From positions 30,689 to 94,688 of the forward strand of contig JAHYJD010000003.1 in assembly GCA_019429365.1 (NCBI GenBank): a stretch of DNA of 64,000 nt, written 5' to 3'. A program made the translations under genes and the position numbers. This stretch comes from Bacteroidales bacterium (GTDB lineage Bacteria; Bacteroidota; Bacteroidia; Bacteroidales; UBA7960). The notes beneath the pieces are model-generated. The model was not told the origin of the DNA. It ran no database searches and saw nothing but the letters and a program-made list of their open reading frames with translations. This document shows positions 38,825 to 46,741 of this stretch, one piece after another. The number at the start of each line of letters is the position of its first letter. The first letter of the stretch is position 1.

Positions 38825-39862
38825 TTAGCTGTCAATGCCTTTCAGGTACTTAGCCTCCCAGGCCGTGGCAGTAACTATTTGGTGCAGGGCTTCATTTTCT
38901 ACCAGGAAACCATCGTGGCCGTAAAGGCTTTTCATGGTTTGGTGGGTGGCTCCGGGTATCATTTCGGCCACCTGTTTTACCTCATCCACCGGGAAAAGGA
39001 TATCGGTTTCGATGCTGATGCAATGTACCCTGGTGTTAATACCAGCCAGGGCTTTTTTTACCCCGCCGCGGTGGCGGCCCACATCGTGCGAGTCGAATGC
39101 GCGGGTTATGGTGTAATAGGCGTGGGGGCTGTAGCGGTTCACCAGTTTATTGCCCTGGTAGCGCTGGTAGGAGCAGGCGTTGAAGTCTTCCATGCGGTCG
39201 TCTTCAGGGTCGAATTGGGTTTTCTGAAAGGCTTCAAAACTTCGGTAGCTAACCATGCCAATACCTCGTGCAGCGCGCAGACCGGCTTTGCCTCCATCGG
39301 GGCTGCCGTCAGAAAAAGTGGGGTCGGCCTCCAGGGCCATGCGCTGGGCTTCGTTAAAGGCTTTGGCCCAGGGGCTGGTGCGGGTGCCGGCGGCAATAAA
39401 CAGCAGATGGCCGATAAGACCCGGCTGCATGATGCACCACTCCAGGCCCTGGAAAGCACCCAGCGAACCGCCAATCACCATGTCGATCGACTCAATATGC
39501 AGATGAGCCCTGAGCAGTTCGTGAGCCCTCACCATATCACGCACAGTAATCAATGGGAAGTCGAGCAGGTAAGGCTTACCGGTATTGGGATTAATGCTCG
39601 CCGCTCCAGTGGTGCCATAGCAGGAACCCAGCACATTGGCGCATACGATAGTGTGGTAGCGGGGATCGAATGTCTTTCCGGGCCCGCAAAGGCCAGGCCA
39701 CCATTCCAGGGGGTCGCTGTTGCCCGTAAGGGCATGGCCGATCCATACCACTGGTTTGTCGGGGCTGATGCCGCCATATACATGATATCCTATTTCAATG
39801 CCGGGAAACTCGTAACCCGACTCCGTAATGAAAGGTTTTTCAACCTTTAGGGTCTGAAGCAT
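38825..39862 (-). CDS. metX: Homoserine O-acetyltransferase
   Basis: 345 aa alpha/beta hydrolase. HALTGNSD, the nucleophile elbow GGSLGA and the C-terminal YGHDGFL motif. Confidence 0.85.
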   Translation of the reverse strand: MLQTLKVEKPFITESGYEFPGIEIGYHVYGGISPDKPVVWIGHALTGNSDPLEWWPGLCGPGKTFDPRYHTIVCANVLGSCYGTTGAASINPNTGKPYLLDFPLITVRDMVRAHELLRAHLHIESIDMVIGGSLGAFQGLEWCIMQPGLIGHLLFIAAGTRTSPWAKAFNEAQRMALEADPTFSDGSPDGGKAGLRAARGIGMVSYRSFEAFQKTQFDPEDDRMEDFNACSYQRYQGNKLVNRYSPHAYYTITRAFDSHDVGRHRGGVKKALAGINTRVHCISIETDILFPVDEVKQVAEMIPGATHQTMKSLYGHDGFLVENEALHQIVTATAWEAKYLKGIDS

Positions 39863-40022
39863 ACGGTATTGTGTTTAGGACGTGAAAATACAAATTTTTG
39901 AAAGAAAGTGCCGCTTAATTTTCATATTTAGGTTTTTATCTGTGTTTATGCTTAATGAAATATCCTCGTTTTCTATTGGAAAAATAATTTTGTAGTTTTA
40001 TGTGCCTTCAAATCCATACACC

Positions 40023-40997
40023 ATGAAAAACAAATTCTCTTTGGGTTTTTTCCCCACCCCTTTGCATAAAATGCATAATTTGTCACGCAAGTATCAGCCT
40101 TGTGAACTATATATCAAGCGCGACGATCAGACCGGACTGGCATCGGGTGGTAACAAAACCAGGAAACTGGAGTATCTTATGGCTGAGGCTGTGAAGCAAG
40201 GGTGCGATACAATGGTAACATTGGGCGCCCAGCAGTCGAACCACTGCAGGCAAACAGCAGCCGCCTGTGCTGTGGCAGGGTTGGAATGCCATCTTATCGT
40301 CAGGGGAGAGAAACCTGCACTGCCCGATGGGAACCTGCTGCTTTCGGTTCTGCTTGGCGCGAAAATTCATTATGCTGGAAGTGAGATCACTGATGATTTT
40401 GTTGAGCAGGTAATGTATGTTTTGAAATCTGAAGGAAAAACCCCATATCTTATTCCCTATGGTGGGTCAAATATTACCGGTATTTTTGGTTTTGTTGACG
40501 CCATGCAAGAGTTGAGGCAGCAGCTTTACAGCCTGAATCTTGATCTGGATTACATTTTCTTTGCTTCCTGCTCGGGTGGCACCCAGGCCGGAATGCTTCT
40601 TGGAAAGGAGTTGTACAAGATTAAAGCCAGGCTAATGCCCGTCAGCATTCAGAAGCCCGAGGTTGGTTTTCCTTCACTTGAAGAATTTGTTTTGGAACTT
40701 GCCAACGGAGCAGCGAAGTCCGTCGGCATTGAACGCCTTTTCCGCCAAAGCGATGCTGAATTGATAAAAGGCTACGATGAGGCAGGATACGGTGTGGTTA
40801 CCCAAAACGAACGGCAAGCCATTCACGAACTGGCAAGGCTCGAAGGCATCTTGCTCGATCCGGTTTATACTGCCAGGGCATTTTATGCCATGACAAATTT
40901 CCTGCAAAGGGAGATCATTGAACCTGGCTCAAAAGTGTTGTTCTGGCATACCGGCGGTCTGCCTGCTAATTTTCATTACGGAGAAGAAATCCTTTAA
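40023..40997 (+). CDS. PLP-dependent D-cysteine desulfhydrase / ACC deaminase family enzyme
   Basis: FFPTPLHKM...RDDQTGLASGGNKTRKLEYL (PLP-Lys motif). The ATG is at 40023; the ORF-track start at 40002 is a GTG. Confidence 0.8.
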   Translation: MKNKFSLGFFPTPLHKMHNLSRKYQPCELYIKRDDQTGLASGGNKTRKLEYLMAEAVKQGCDTMVTLGAQQSNHCRQTAAACAVAGLECHLIVRGEKPALPDGNLLLSVLLGAKIHYAGSEITDDFVEQVMYVLKSEGKTPYLIPYGGSNITGIFGFVDAMQELRQQLYSLNLDLDYIFFASCSGGTQAGMLLGKELYKIKARLMPVSIQKPEVGFPSLEEFVLELANGAAKSVGIERLFRQSDAELIKGYDEAGYGVVTQNERQAIHELARLEGILLDPVYTARAFYAMTNFLQREIIEPGSKVLFWHTGGLPANFHYGEEIL

Positions 40998-40998
40998 C

Positions 40999-41676
40999 TC
41001 AGGGCTTGGTTTTATACAGTTGCCACCAGGAAACCCTGGGGTCGTTGTGGTGCTCGCGATGGTAGCCAAAGAAATAGCAGCTGAGCATGGCCCAGAGGTG
41101 GTTTTTACCCTGGGTGCGGGCTTTGTGCGGCCCCATTTCGGGAAGGTGGGGCAGGCGATGAGGCCAGTAAACCCCGGCAGCAAAAAGCTGGAAAGTACCC
41201 AAAATTGCTGCAAGGGCCCAGTAAAGCAATACCGCGGTGTGGTCGAGCTTGAGCAAATGCACCAGCACATTGTATAAAACGGCCATTATTATCAATTGCA
41301 AAATAGTAAGATAGCGCCACATAAACACCGCCCACCAGACAAAGAAGTTCTGCGACTTCACATAAAAATCAGGATCGTTTTCGGATGCCGGGTCTTTATG
41401 ATGAAGCCCATGATTCTTGCGCAACATCTTGTACGACATGCCTGCAAAAAGTGCCACAGAAATGGTACCCAACACCTGGTTCACTTTTTTCGAAGGGTGA
41501 ATGTTGCCGTGCATGGCGTCGTGGCCCGTTATAAACAGGCCAGTGTATAAATAAGCCTGGATAAGAATGTGTATATACATCCAAGGATTGCTCCACGAAG
41601 GTTCGATAAAAAGAAGCATATAGGCCAGATGGCTTCCCCATAAAAGAATAACCGCAATTGCAATAGAAATCCCCAT
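40999..41676 (-). CDS. crtW: Beta-carotene ketolase CrtW
   Basis: His boxes HDAMHG, HGLHHKDP..NDPDF and GYHREHHNDPRVSWWQL, plus FAAGVYWPHR, match the CrtW pattern. The start is either ATG 41676 or TTG 41700. Confidence 0.8.
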   Translation of the reverse strand: MGISIAIAVILLWGSHLAYMLLFIEPSWSNPWMYIHILIQAYLYTGLFITGHDAMHGNIHPSKKVNQVLGTISVALFAGMSYKMLRKNHGLHHKDPASENDPDFYVKSQNFFVWWAVFMWRYLTILQLIIMAVLYNVLVHLLKLDHTAVLLYWALAAILGTFQLFAAGVYWPHRLPHLPEMGPHKARTQGKNHLWAMLSCYFFGYHREHHNDPRVSWWQLYKTKP

Positions 41677-41819
41677 GGCTGTTGTGTTGAAATTAGCCAA
41701 AATTAGCCAATTTTATCCATTGCTGAATTTTTTGTTTTTAAAAACATTTCTACCTGAAAAGGTGTTAAATATGCAACGAATAAGCGTGAAACGAGTTAGT
41801 AAAACTTAAAGATAGTATT

Positions 41820-42506
41820 ATGCAGCAATGGACCTACGCCTTGCTTCTTGCCGGAAGCATTCTTGTCCCCCTGATTCGAAGCTTTGAGCCTCGCATATTT
41901 TTTATCGGAAACTGGCGAGCCCTGCTGGCTGGCATTTTTGTCATGATGCTGGTTTTCATCCCCTGGGATGTGGCGTTTACTGAACACGGGGTGTGGGGTT
42001 TTTCGCACGATTATGTTTCAGGTCTGTTCATTGCTGGCCTGCCCATTGAAGAATGGCTGTTTTTTGTGGTTATCACTTATTGTGTGGTGTTCACCTATGA
42101 GGTAATCAGGTATTTCTTCCCAAAGATCAGCTTCCCGGTTTTGGCAAAATGGATCTCCATATACGCAGGAATTGGCCTTTTGGTAGTTGGGTTTATGAAT
42201 ATCGGAAAACTTTACACCATGATCGTGATGCTCCTGGCAGGTGCATTGATGATTCTTCAACCCATTATTAAAAGCCATAGAACATGGCTGAGCCATTATT
42301 ATGTTACCTACCTGATAACACTGGTGCCATTTCTGATCGTAAATGGGGTGCTTACGGCTTTGCCGGTGGTTTGGTATAACTCCGCCGAAAAGATTGGTAT
42401 TCGTGTTACTTCCATACCCATTGAAGACTCCGTTTATTTTATGGCCATGATGCTGATTGTGATGCCCATTTATGAGCGGCTGAAGCCAAAACGAAAAATA
42501 GCTTGA
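41820..42506 (+). CDS. Lycopene cyclase domain protein (fused CrtYc/CrtYd type)
   Basis: 228 aa membrane protein with the duplicated PxE(E/D) motif (LPIEEWLFF and IPIEDSVYF). Confidence 0.75.
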   Translation: MQQWTYALLLAGSILVPLIRSFEPRIFFIGNWRALLAGIFVMMLVFIPWDVAFTEHGVWGFSHDYVSGLFIAGLPIEEWLFFVVITYCVVFTYEVIRYFFPKISFPVLAKWISIYAGIGLLVVGFMNIGKLYTMIVMLLAGALMILQPIIKSHRTWLSHYYVTYLITLVPFLIVNGVLTALPVVWYNSAEKIGIRVTSIPIEDSVYFMAMMLIVMPIYERLKPKRKIA

Positions 42507-42518
42507 ACCTGATTTATT

Positions 42519-42554
42519 AACCGCTTTGGATATCAGAGCGGTTTCTTTGTTTTT
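42519..42554 (+). terminator. Rho-independent terminator after the lycopene cyclase gene
   Basis: AACCGCT (42519-42525), 11-nt loop, AGCGGTT (42537-42543), then TCTTTGTTTTT. Confidence 0.6.
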
Positions 42555-42602
42555 GCATAAACTAAAGAATTCCTTATATTTACCGAATTCATAGTGCGCT
42601 AT

Positions 42603-42610
42603 TAAATTTG
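42603..42610 (+). promoter_or_regulatory. Candidate -7 box TAAATTTG immediately upstream of the ECF sigma gene
   Basis: Matches TAnnTTTG and ends 5 nt before ATG 42616. This implies either a leaderless mRNA or a downstream start (Met17, nt 42664). Confidence 0.35.
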
Positions 42611-42615
42611 ACAAA

Positions 42616-43167
42616 ATGACCAACGAATTTATAAGCCAATGGGTTTCACTTTACACAGAGGATATGTTTAAGTGGGCTTTGCACAAAACATCTTCCCATG
42701 AAATTTCTGAAGATTTGGTACAGGATACTTTCATGGCTGCTACCGAGAAGATTTCGTCTTTTAAAGGCGACAGCACTCCAAAAACCTGGCTTTTTTCCAT
42801 TTTAAACAACAAAATTGTGGACTATTACCGGAAAAAAGTGAAGCAGGCAGTGCCAATGGAGGATCAGGTTTTTGCCTCGGTTTTCGATGCATCGGGGTCG
42901 TGGGTTAACAACCGGATGCCCCATGAATGGCATGACAGTGAAACCAACCTGCTCGATGACGAAGCGTTTCAAAAGGTATTGAAACACTGCTTGGATGCCT
43001 TGCCCGAAAAATGGAACCTATGCGTTAAGCTGAAATATCTGACCAATAAAAATGGCCAGGAAATTTGTCAGGAATTGAATCTAACCGCGTCCAACTTTTG
43101 GCAAATTATTCATCGGGCTAAATTGCAATTACGGGTTTGTATTGATCAAAACTGGTTTAATAATTAA
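42616..43167 (+). CDS. ECF-type RNA polymerase sigma-70 factor
   Basis: Region 2 (EDLVQDTFMAATEKISSFKGDSTPKTWLFSILNNKIVDYYRK) and region 4 (LPEKWNLCVKLKYL...GQEICQELNLTASNFWQIIHRAKLQLR). Confidence 0.85.
   Translation: MTNEFISQWVSLYTEDMFKWALHKTSSHEISEDLVQDTFMAATEKISSFKGDSTPKTWLFSILNNKIVDYYRKKVKQAVPMEDQVFASVFDASGSWVNNRMPHEWHDSETNLLDDEAFQKVLKHCLDALPEKWNLCVKLKYLTNKNGQEICQELNLTASNFWQIIHRAKLQLRVCIDQNWFNN
43066..43092 (+). promoter_or_regulatory. Candidate ECF-type promoter P0, internal to the 3' end of the sigma gene
   Basis: TGTCAGG (43066-43072), N15, CGTCC (43088-43092). The flank AAATTTGTCAGGA is identical to the one at site 49445-49458. About 80 nt upstream of the anti-sigma ATG. Confidence 0.4.
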
Positions 43168-43172
43168 TTTCA

Positions 43173-43433
43173 ATGAAAAGCATAAAGCATTTTTTTCTTA
43201 TTTCATGTTTAAAGGCCACTGAGTTAATGGAAAAGAATTTTCATTTCAAACTTTCTTTTTCTGAACGTCTTCAGCTAAAGGTGCATAAGTCAATGTGCAA
43301 GGCTTGTGCTCTTTACGACAAGCAAAGTGCCGCGATTGAAAAGGGCATTTCCAGGCAAATCAGCCAAGAGCACATTAAGACAGATATTGAAGGATTAAAA
43401 AACAAAATCCATCAAATGCTTGAAAGTAAATAG
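43173..43433 (+). CDS. Small soluble zinc-binding (ZAS) anti-sigma factor, RsrA-like
   Basis: 86 aa with no TM helix. Ligand pattern C12-x25-H38-x3-C42-x2-C45 (HKSMCKAC). Starts 6 nt after the sigma stop. Confidence 0.7.
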   Translation: MKSIKHFFLISCLKATELMEKNFHFKLSFSERLQLKVHKSMCKACALYDKQSAAIEKGISRQISQEHIKTDIEGLKNKIHQMLESK

Positions 43434-43472
43434 CATTCAAAACTTAAGTCTCTTTTTTTAAATTGGCTCAGA

Positions 43473-44033
43473 ATGGCAAGAATAAAAACCATTTCGCATG
43501 CTGATGCATCGGGAAGATTGCTCGAAATTTATGATGAACTGGTAAGAAAGCGAGGAAAACTTGCTGAGATTCATCAAATTCAGAGCTTAAGGCCCGAAAG
43601 CATTGTAAAGCATATGGAGCTCTATATGGAGATCATGTTCTCTAAATCTGAATTAAGCCGTTCGGAGCGCGAAATGATGGCCGTAGCGGTTTCGGTTGCC
43701 AATGGTTGTGCATATTGCCGCGAGCACCACCTTCAAGCATACAGGTTTTATGAAAAGGACAATTCAAAAGTTTTTTCTGTTATTAACTGGCCATTAAATA
43801 ATGTGCTTTCCGATCGGGAAGCCTCCTTATGCCATTTTGCCCGCTCCCTGACCCTCGATCCCCAAAGCCACGAAAGCAATGATTATACTGCTGCGCTGAA
43901 GACGGTTGGCTTGAGCGATGCAGGAATTCTTGATGCTGTATTGGTAATTGCCTATTTCAATTTTGTAAACCGGATCGTTTTGTCATTAGGCCTTGAATTC
44001 ACTCCCGAAGAGGCCACCGGCTACAAATACTAA
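43473..44033 (+). CDS. Carboxymuconolactone decarboxylase / AhpD-like peroxidase-related protein
   Basis: 186 aa. AhpD-core CxxC motif in VANGCAYCREHH. Confidence 0.75.
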   Translation: MARIKTISHADASGRLLEIYDELVRKRGKLAEIHQIQSLRPESIVKHMELYMEIMFSKSELSRSEREMMAVAVSVANGCAYCREHHLQAYRFYEKDNSKVFSVINWPLNNVLSDREASLCHFARSLTLDPQSHESNDYTAALKTVGLSDAGILDAVLVIAYFNFVNRIVLSLGLEFTPEEATGYKY

Positions 44034-44050
44034 ATTTTTCTCTCTCTCTT

Positions 44051-44077
44051 TGTAAGGAAGCTTCTTTTTATGCGTCT
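44051..44077 (+). promoter_or_regulatory. Candidate ECF-type promoter P1
   Basis: TGTAAGGAAG (44051-44060), then CGTCT (44073-44077). There are 15 nt between TGTAAGG and CGTCT. Intergenic, about 100 nt upstream of the thioredoxin-like gene. Confidence 0.55.
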
Positions 44078-44175
44078 TATCTTTCAAACAAGAAAGCGCC
44101 TGTGCAGTTCTTTGCCAAATTTTTCACGTTGCTTATTTCTTGTTTTGAAACACAAAACTATCAATGTAAACTACA

Positions 44176-44640
44176 ATGCTAAAAACTAAACGTATGAAAA
44201 TGAAAAAACTGGGTTTAATAATCGTGGCTTTTACAGTCACATCTTTATCAATGGTATTTGGTTCAGAAACAAAAAATGAGGCCGGAGAAGCAGGTATCGT
44301 TTTTCATGAAGGAAGCTGGGATCAAGCCCTGCAGCTTGCCAAGGAAGAGAACAAGCTGATATTTCTGGATGTTTATGCTACCTGGTGTGGGCCTTGTAAA
44401 AGACTGAAGGCTAATACTTTTCCTGATGCTGCGGTGGGCGAGTTTTACAATGCCAACTTCATAAATGTGGCCCTGGATGGCGAAAAGGGCGAAGGCCTGG
44501 AGCTTGCCCGAAAGTATAATGTAAGGAGTTATCCCAGCCTCTTGTTCATCGATTCCAACGGCCAGATCGTTGGCAGAACCGCAGGCTTCCACAATCCCGA
44601 CCGGTTTTTGGAACTGGGTCGTGCCATTGTAAACCTGTAA
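44176..44640 (+). CDS. Secreted thioredoxin-family protein
   Basis: Signal peptide (MKMKKLGLIIVAFTVTSLSMVFG), active site WCGPCK. The start may be 44176, 44194 or 44200. Confidence 0.8.
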   Translation: MLKTKRMKMKKLGLIIVAFTVTSLSMVFGSETKNEAGEAGIVFHEGSWDQALQLAKEENKLIFLDVYATWCGPCKRLKANTFPDAAVGEFYNANFINVALDGEKGEGLELARKYNVRSYPSLLFIDSNGQIVGRTAGFHNPDRFLELGRAIVNL

Positions 44641-44680
44641 TCCTTTATTTACCACTTTTTCAGGCTGTCCCTTTTCTGGG

Positions 44681-45643
44681 ATGGCCTTTTTTTTCGGGTT
44701 CAATGGCCTGGCGTCGGTTTATCATCCACACCTGATTGATCCGGGCAGCCCCGATTTTGTCCATCGTTTATTTTATGCTTACCGGCGCGATTTTATTCGT
44801 TTGCGCTTCGATGCTCAACTATACCTTTCAGGGAAAGCATTGCGTTTATTAACCGGATTTACCCACAACAGGTTTTTTGTTGATCCCCCATTGGCCGATG
44901 AATCAACCCGGGCAACAGACCAATCAAAAAGCTTGTTGGAATACTACCAGCAATGGAGCCTCATTGATGCTGGCGAAAGCACGGGTGGTACCATCAACCT
45001 TTTTTCTCTGGGGGTGGTTTACGACACACGCAATGATTATTGCTACTGCACCGATGGAAAGTGGTTTGAAGCTTTTGTGGTTGTTTCTCCAAGAAGCATA
45101 AGCACAAGCAGTTTTTCTAAGTTTATTGTAACTTACCGGCAGCACGCCAGCTTTTTCGGGGAAAACCTGACCTTTTCCTACCGGATTAGCAGCCAGCAAA
45201 AACTTTTTGGGAGGATTCCCTTTTACTTTTTGCCTACCTATATTGACAGTCGATTGAGTCATGACGGAGTTGGGGGCGCATTTAATCTGCGTGGAGCCAT
45301 GCGGAACAGGATGATTGGGGATGGGTTTTTGGTGGGAAACTTTGAAGCCAAAGCGCGAGTGCTTCAATTTGAAGTGGTTGGCCAGGAATTTTTTGCCAGC
45401 CTGGCTGTATTTTTTGATACTGCCATAATTAGTCAACGATTTGAAAAAGATCTTTCCCAAATCCCCGAAGAGGTTTCAGCCATTCATTTCAGGGAAAACA
45501 GGCAAATGCCCCAAATGACTTTTGGACCCGGGCTTTACATTGTTTTCAACAAGAAAAATGCCATTTCGGTTAATTATGGGTTATCTGCAAATCCACAAAC
45601 CGGGATCGGTGGCTTGTATGTTGGCTCAAGTTTGCTGTTTTGA
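44681..45643 (+). CDS. Omp85/BamA-like beta-barrel protein lacking a signal peptide (possible 5'-truncated remnant)
   Basis: 320 aa, beta-rich, ending in ...YVGSSLLF (OMP-type terminal Phe). There is no signal peptide. The frame opens only 48 nt upstream (in-frame stop at 44630-44632) and holds no alternative ATG. Confidence 0.4.
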   Translation: MAFFFGFNGLASVYHPHLIDPGSPDFVHRLFYAYRRDFIRLRFDAQLYLSGKALRLLTGFTHNRFFVDPPLADESTRATDQSKSLLEYYQQWSLIDAGESTGGTINLFSLGVVYDTRNDYCYCTDGKWFEAFVVVSPRSISTSSFSKFIVTYRQHASFFGENLTFSYRISSQQKLFGRIPFYFLPTYIDSRLSHDGVGGAFNLRGAMRNRMIGDGFLVGNFEAKARVLQFEVVGQEFFASLAVFFDTAIISQRFEKDLSQIPEEVSAIHFRENRQMPQMTFGPGLYIVFNKKNAISVNYGLSANPQTGIGGLYVGSSLLF

Positions 45644-45685
45644 TCACAGCAATAAAGGGGGAGTCCAAAAAAACTTGCATTTTTT

Positions 45686-45712
45686 TGTAAGGAAGATGAC
45701 ATGCAGACGTCT
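45686..45712 (+). promoter_or_regulatory. Candidate ECF-type promoter P2
   Basis: TGTAAGGAAG (45686-45695), then CGTCT (45708-45712). Same 15-nt spacing as P1. 49 nt upstream of ATG 45761. Confidence 0.55.
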
Positions 45713-45760
45713 GTTATGCTGAAAAAAAAATCACTAAAATTCAAATTTAAAATTTAAATC

Positions 45761-46117
45761 ATGACAAAAATTGCAATCGTAATTTATTCTGACACAGATA
45801 CCATGGAAGCCCTTGGAAAAGTATCCAATGCATTTGTTTTGGCCAATGAGGCCATTGACCATGGCGACGACCTGAAGATCATTTTTGAAGGGGCCGGGAC
45901 CAAATGGATCGGCGCTCTTGAAGATGAAGGGCATAAGATGCATGGTATGTACAAAGCCCTGAAAAATAGGATTACCGGAGCATGTAAGTATTGCGCCCAA
46001 GCCTTTGGCGTTAAGTCGCAGGTCGAAAAGGCCGGTGTTACCTTGCTGGACGATTACAAGGACCATCCCAGTATGCGAAATCTTGTAGCCGATGGATATA
46101 ACGTACTAATTTTCTAA
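45761..46117 (+). CDS. DsrE/DsrF-like family protein (cytoplasmic paralogue)
   Basis: 118 aa. MTKIAIVIYSD... and the GACKYCA motif. Paralogous to ORF 51754-52179. Confidence 0.6.
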   Translation: MTKIAIVIYSDTDTMEALGKVSNAFVLANEAIDHGDDLKIIFEGAGTKWIGALEDEGHKMHGMYKALKNRITGACKYCAQAFGVKSQVEKAGVTLLDDYKDHPSMRNLVADGYNVLIF

Positions 46118-46232
46118 AACATTTTGTTGTAGCTCACAGGTTTCATTCTCAGGATAATATTCATAAAGTATAATATTGATCGCTGCCTGAAGGAGGCCTG
46201 GGTGCTTCAACCTTTTAAAAAAATTATCACTC

Positions 46233-46706
46233 ATGAACAGAAAAAAAATACTAAAAATTGTAGCAATCCTTGCCGTTGCCGGATTGCTTATCGGAGGAGG
46301 GATCGGTGCCTATATGTTTTTCATGCCGCACCGCGACATCCAGAAATCACCCACTGACTTTGCCCTGACCAGTTCCGAGCTTGTGGCTGAATATCTGAAC
46401 GACATGGAACAGGCTAACCAAAAATATCTTTCTGCAGATGGAGAATCGAAGATTCTCGAAATTACGGGTACAGTAGCCGGCATCACTGAAGATTATAACG
46501 GCCAACAAGTAGTGTTGCTTAAAGAACCGGGCCAGGTGGCCGGCGTGAGCTGCACCTTTATGCAGGAGACCAATTCTAATGCAACAGCCCTTAACATTGG
46601 GCAATCAGTAACCATAAAAGGTGTGATCCGCTCAGGCGTGTTTTACGATCCTGACCTGGAAATGCACCTCAACGCCGTACTCGAAAAGAGCGATGTTGTT
46701 TTTTAA
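46233..46706 (+). CDS. Membrane-anchored OB-fold (tRNA_anti-like family) protein
   Basis: N-terminal TM helix (ILKIVAILAVAGLLIGGGIGAYMFF), then SELVAEYLNDMEQANQKYL...ILEITGTV...SVTIKGV, typical of this Bacteroidota family. Confidence 0.55.
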   Translation: MNRKKILKIVAILAVAGLLIGGGIGAYMFFMPHRDIQKSPTDFALTSSELVAEYLNDMEQANQKYLSADGESKILEITGTVAGITEDYNGQQVVLLKEPGQVAGVSCTFMQETNSNATALNIGQSVTIKGVIRSGVFYDPDLEMHLNAVLEKSDVVF

Positions 46707-46741
46707 CCCAATTTTTTTTTAAACCTTAATGAATTAGAAAA

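Noticed and set aside
38879-39850. 323-aa + strand ORF
   Set aside because: It is a shadow ORF antisense to metX, with no recognisable motifs.
41689-41710. Tandem duplication aattagccaa-aattagccaa at the crtW start
   Set aside because: It is only two 10-nt copies with no further occurrences seen. It is most simply a small slippage duplication and matters only for the choice between the TTG (41700) and ATG (41676) starts.
44039-44050. (CT)n microsatellite tctctctctctt just upstream of promoter candidate P1
   Set aside because: It is very short (about 5 units). I have no evidence of phase-variable function and only note it next to P1.
44511-44540. Additional TGTAAGG heptamer inside the thioredoxin-like gene
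   Set aside because: No CG(T/A)C element occurs at 14-15 nt (the sequence there is TTGTT) and the site is intragenic, so I did not count it as a motif instance.
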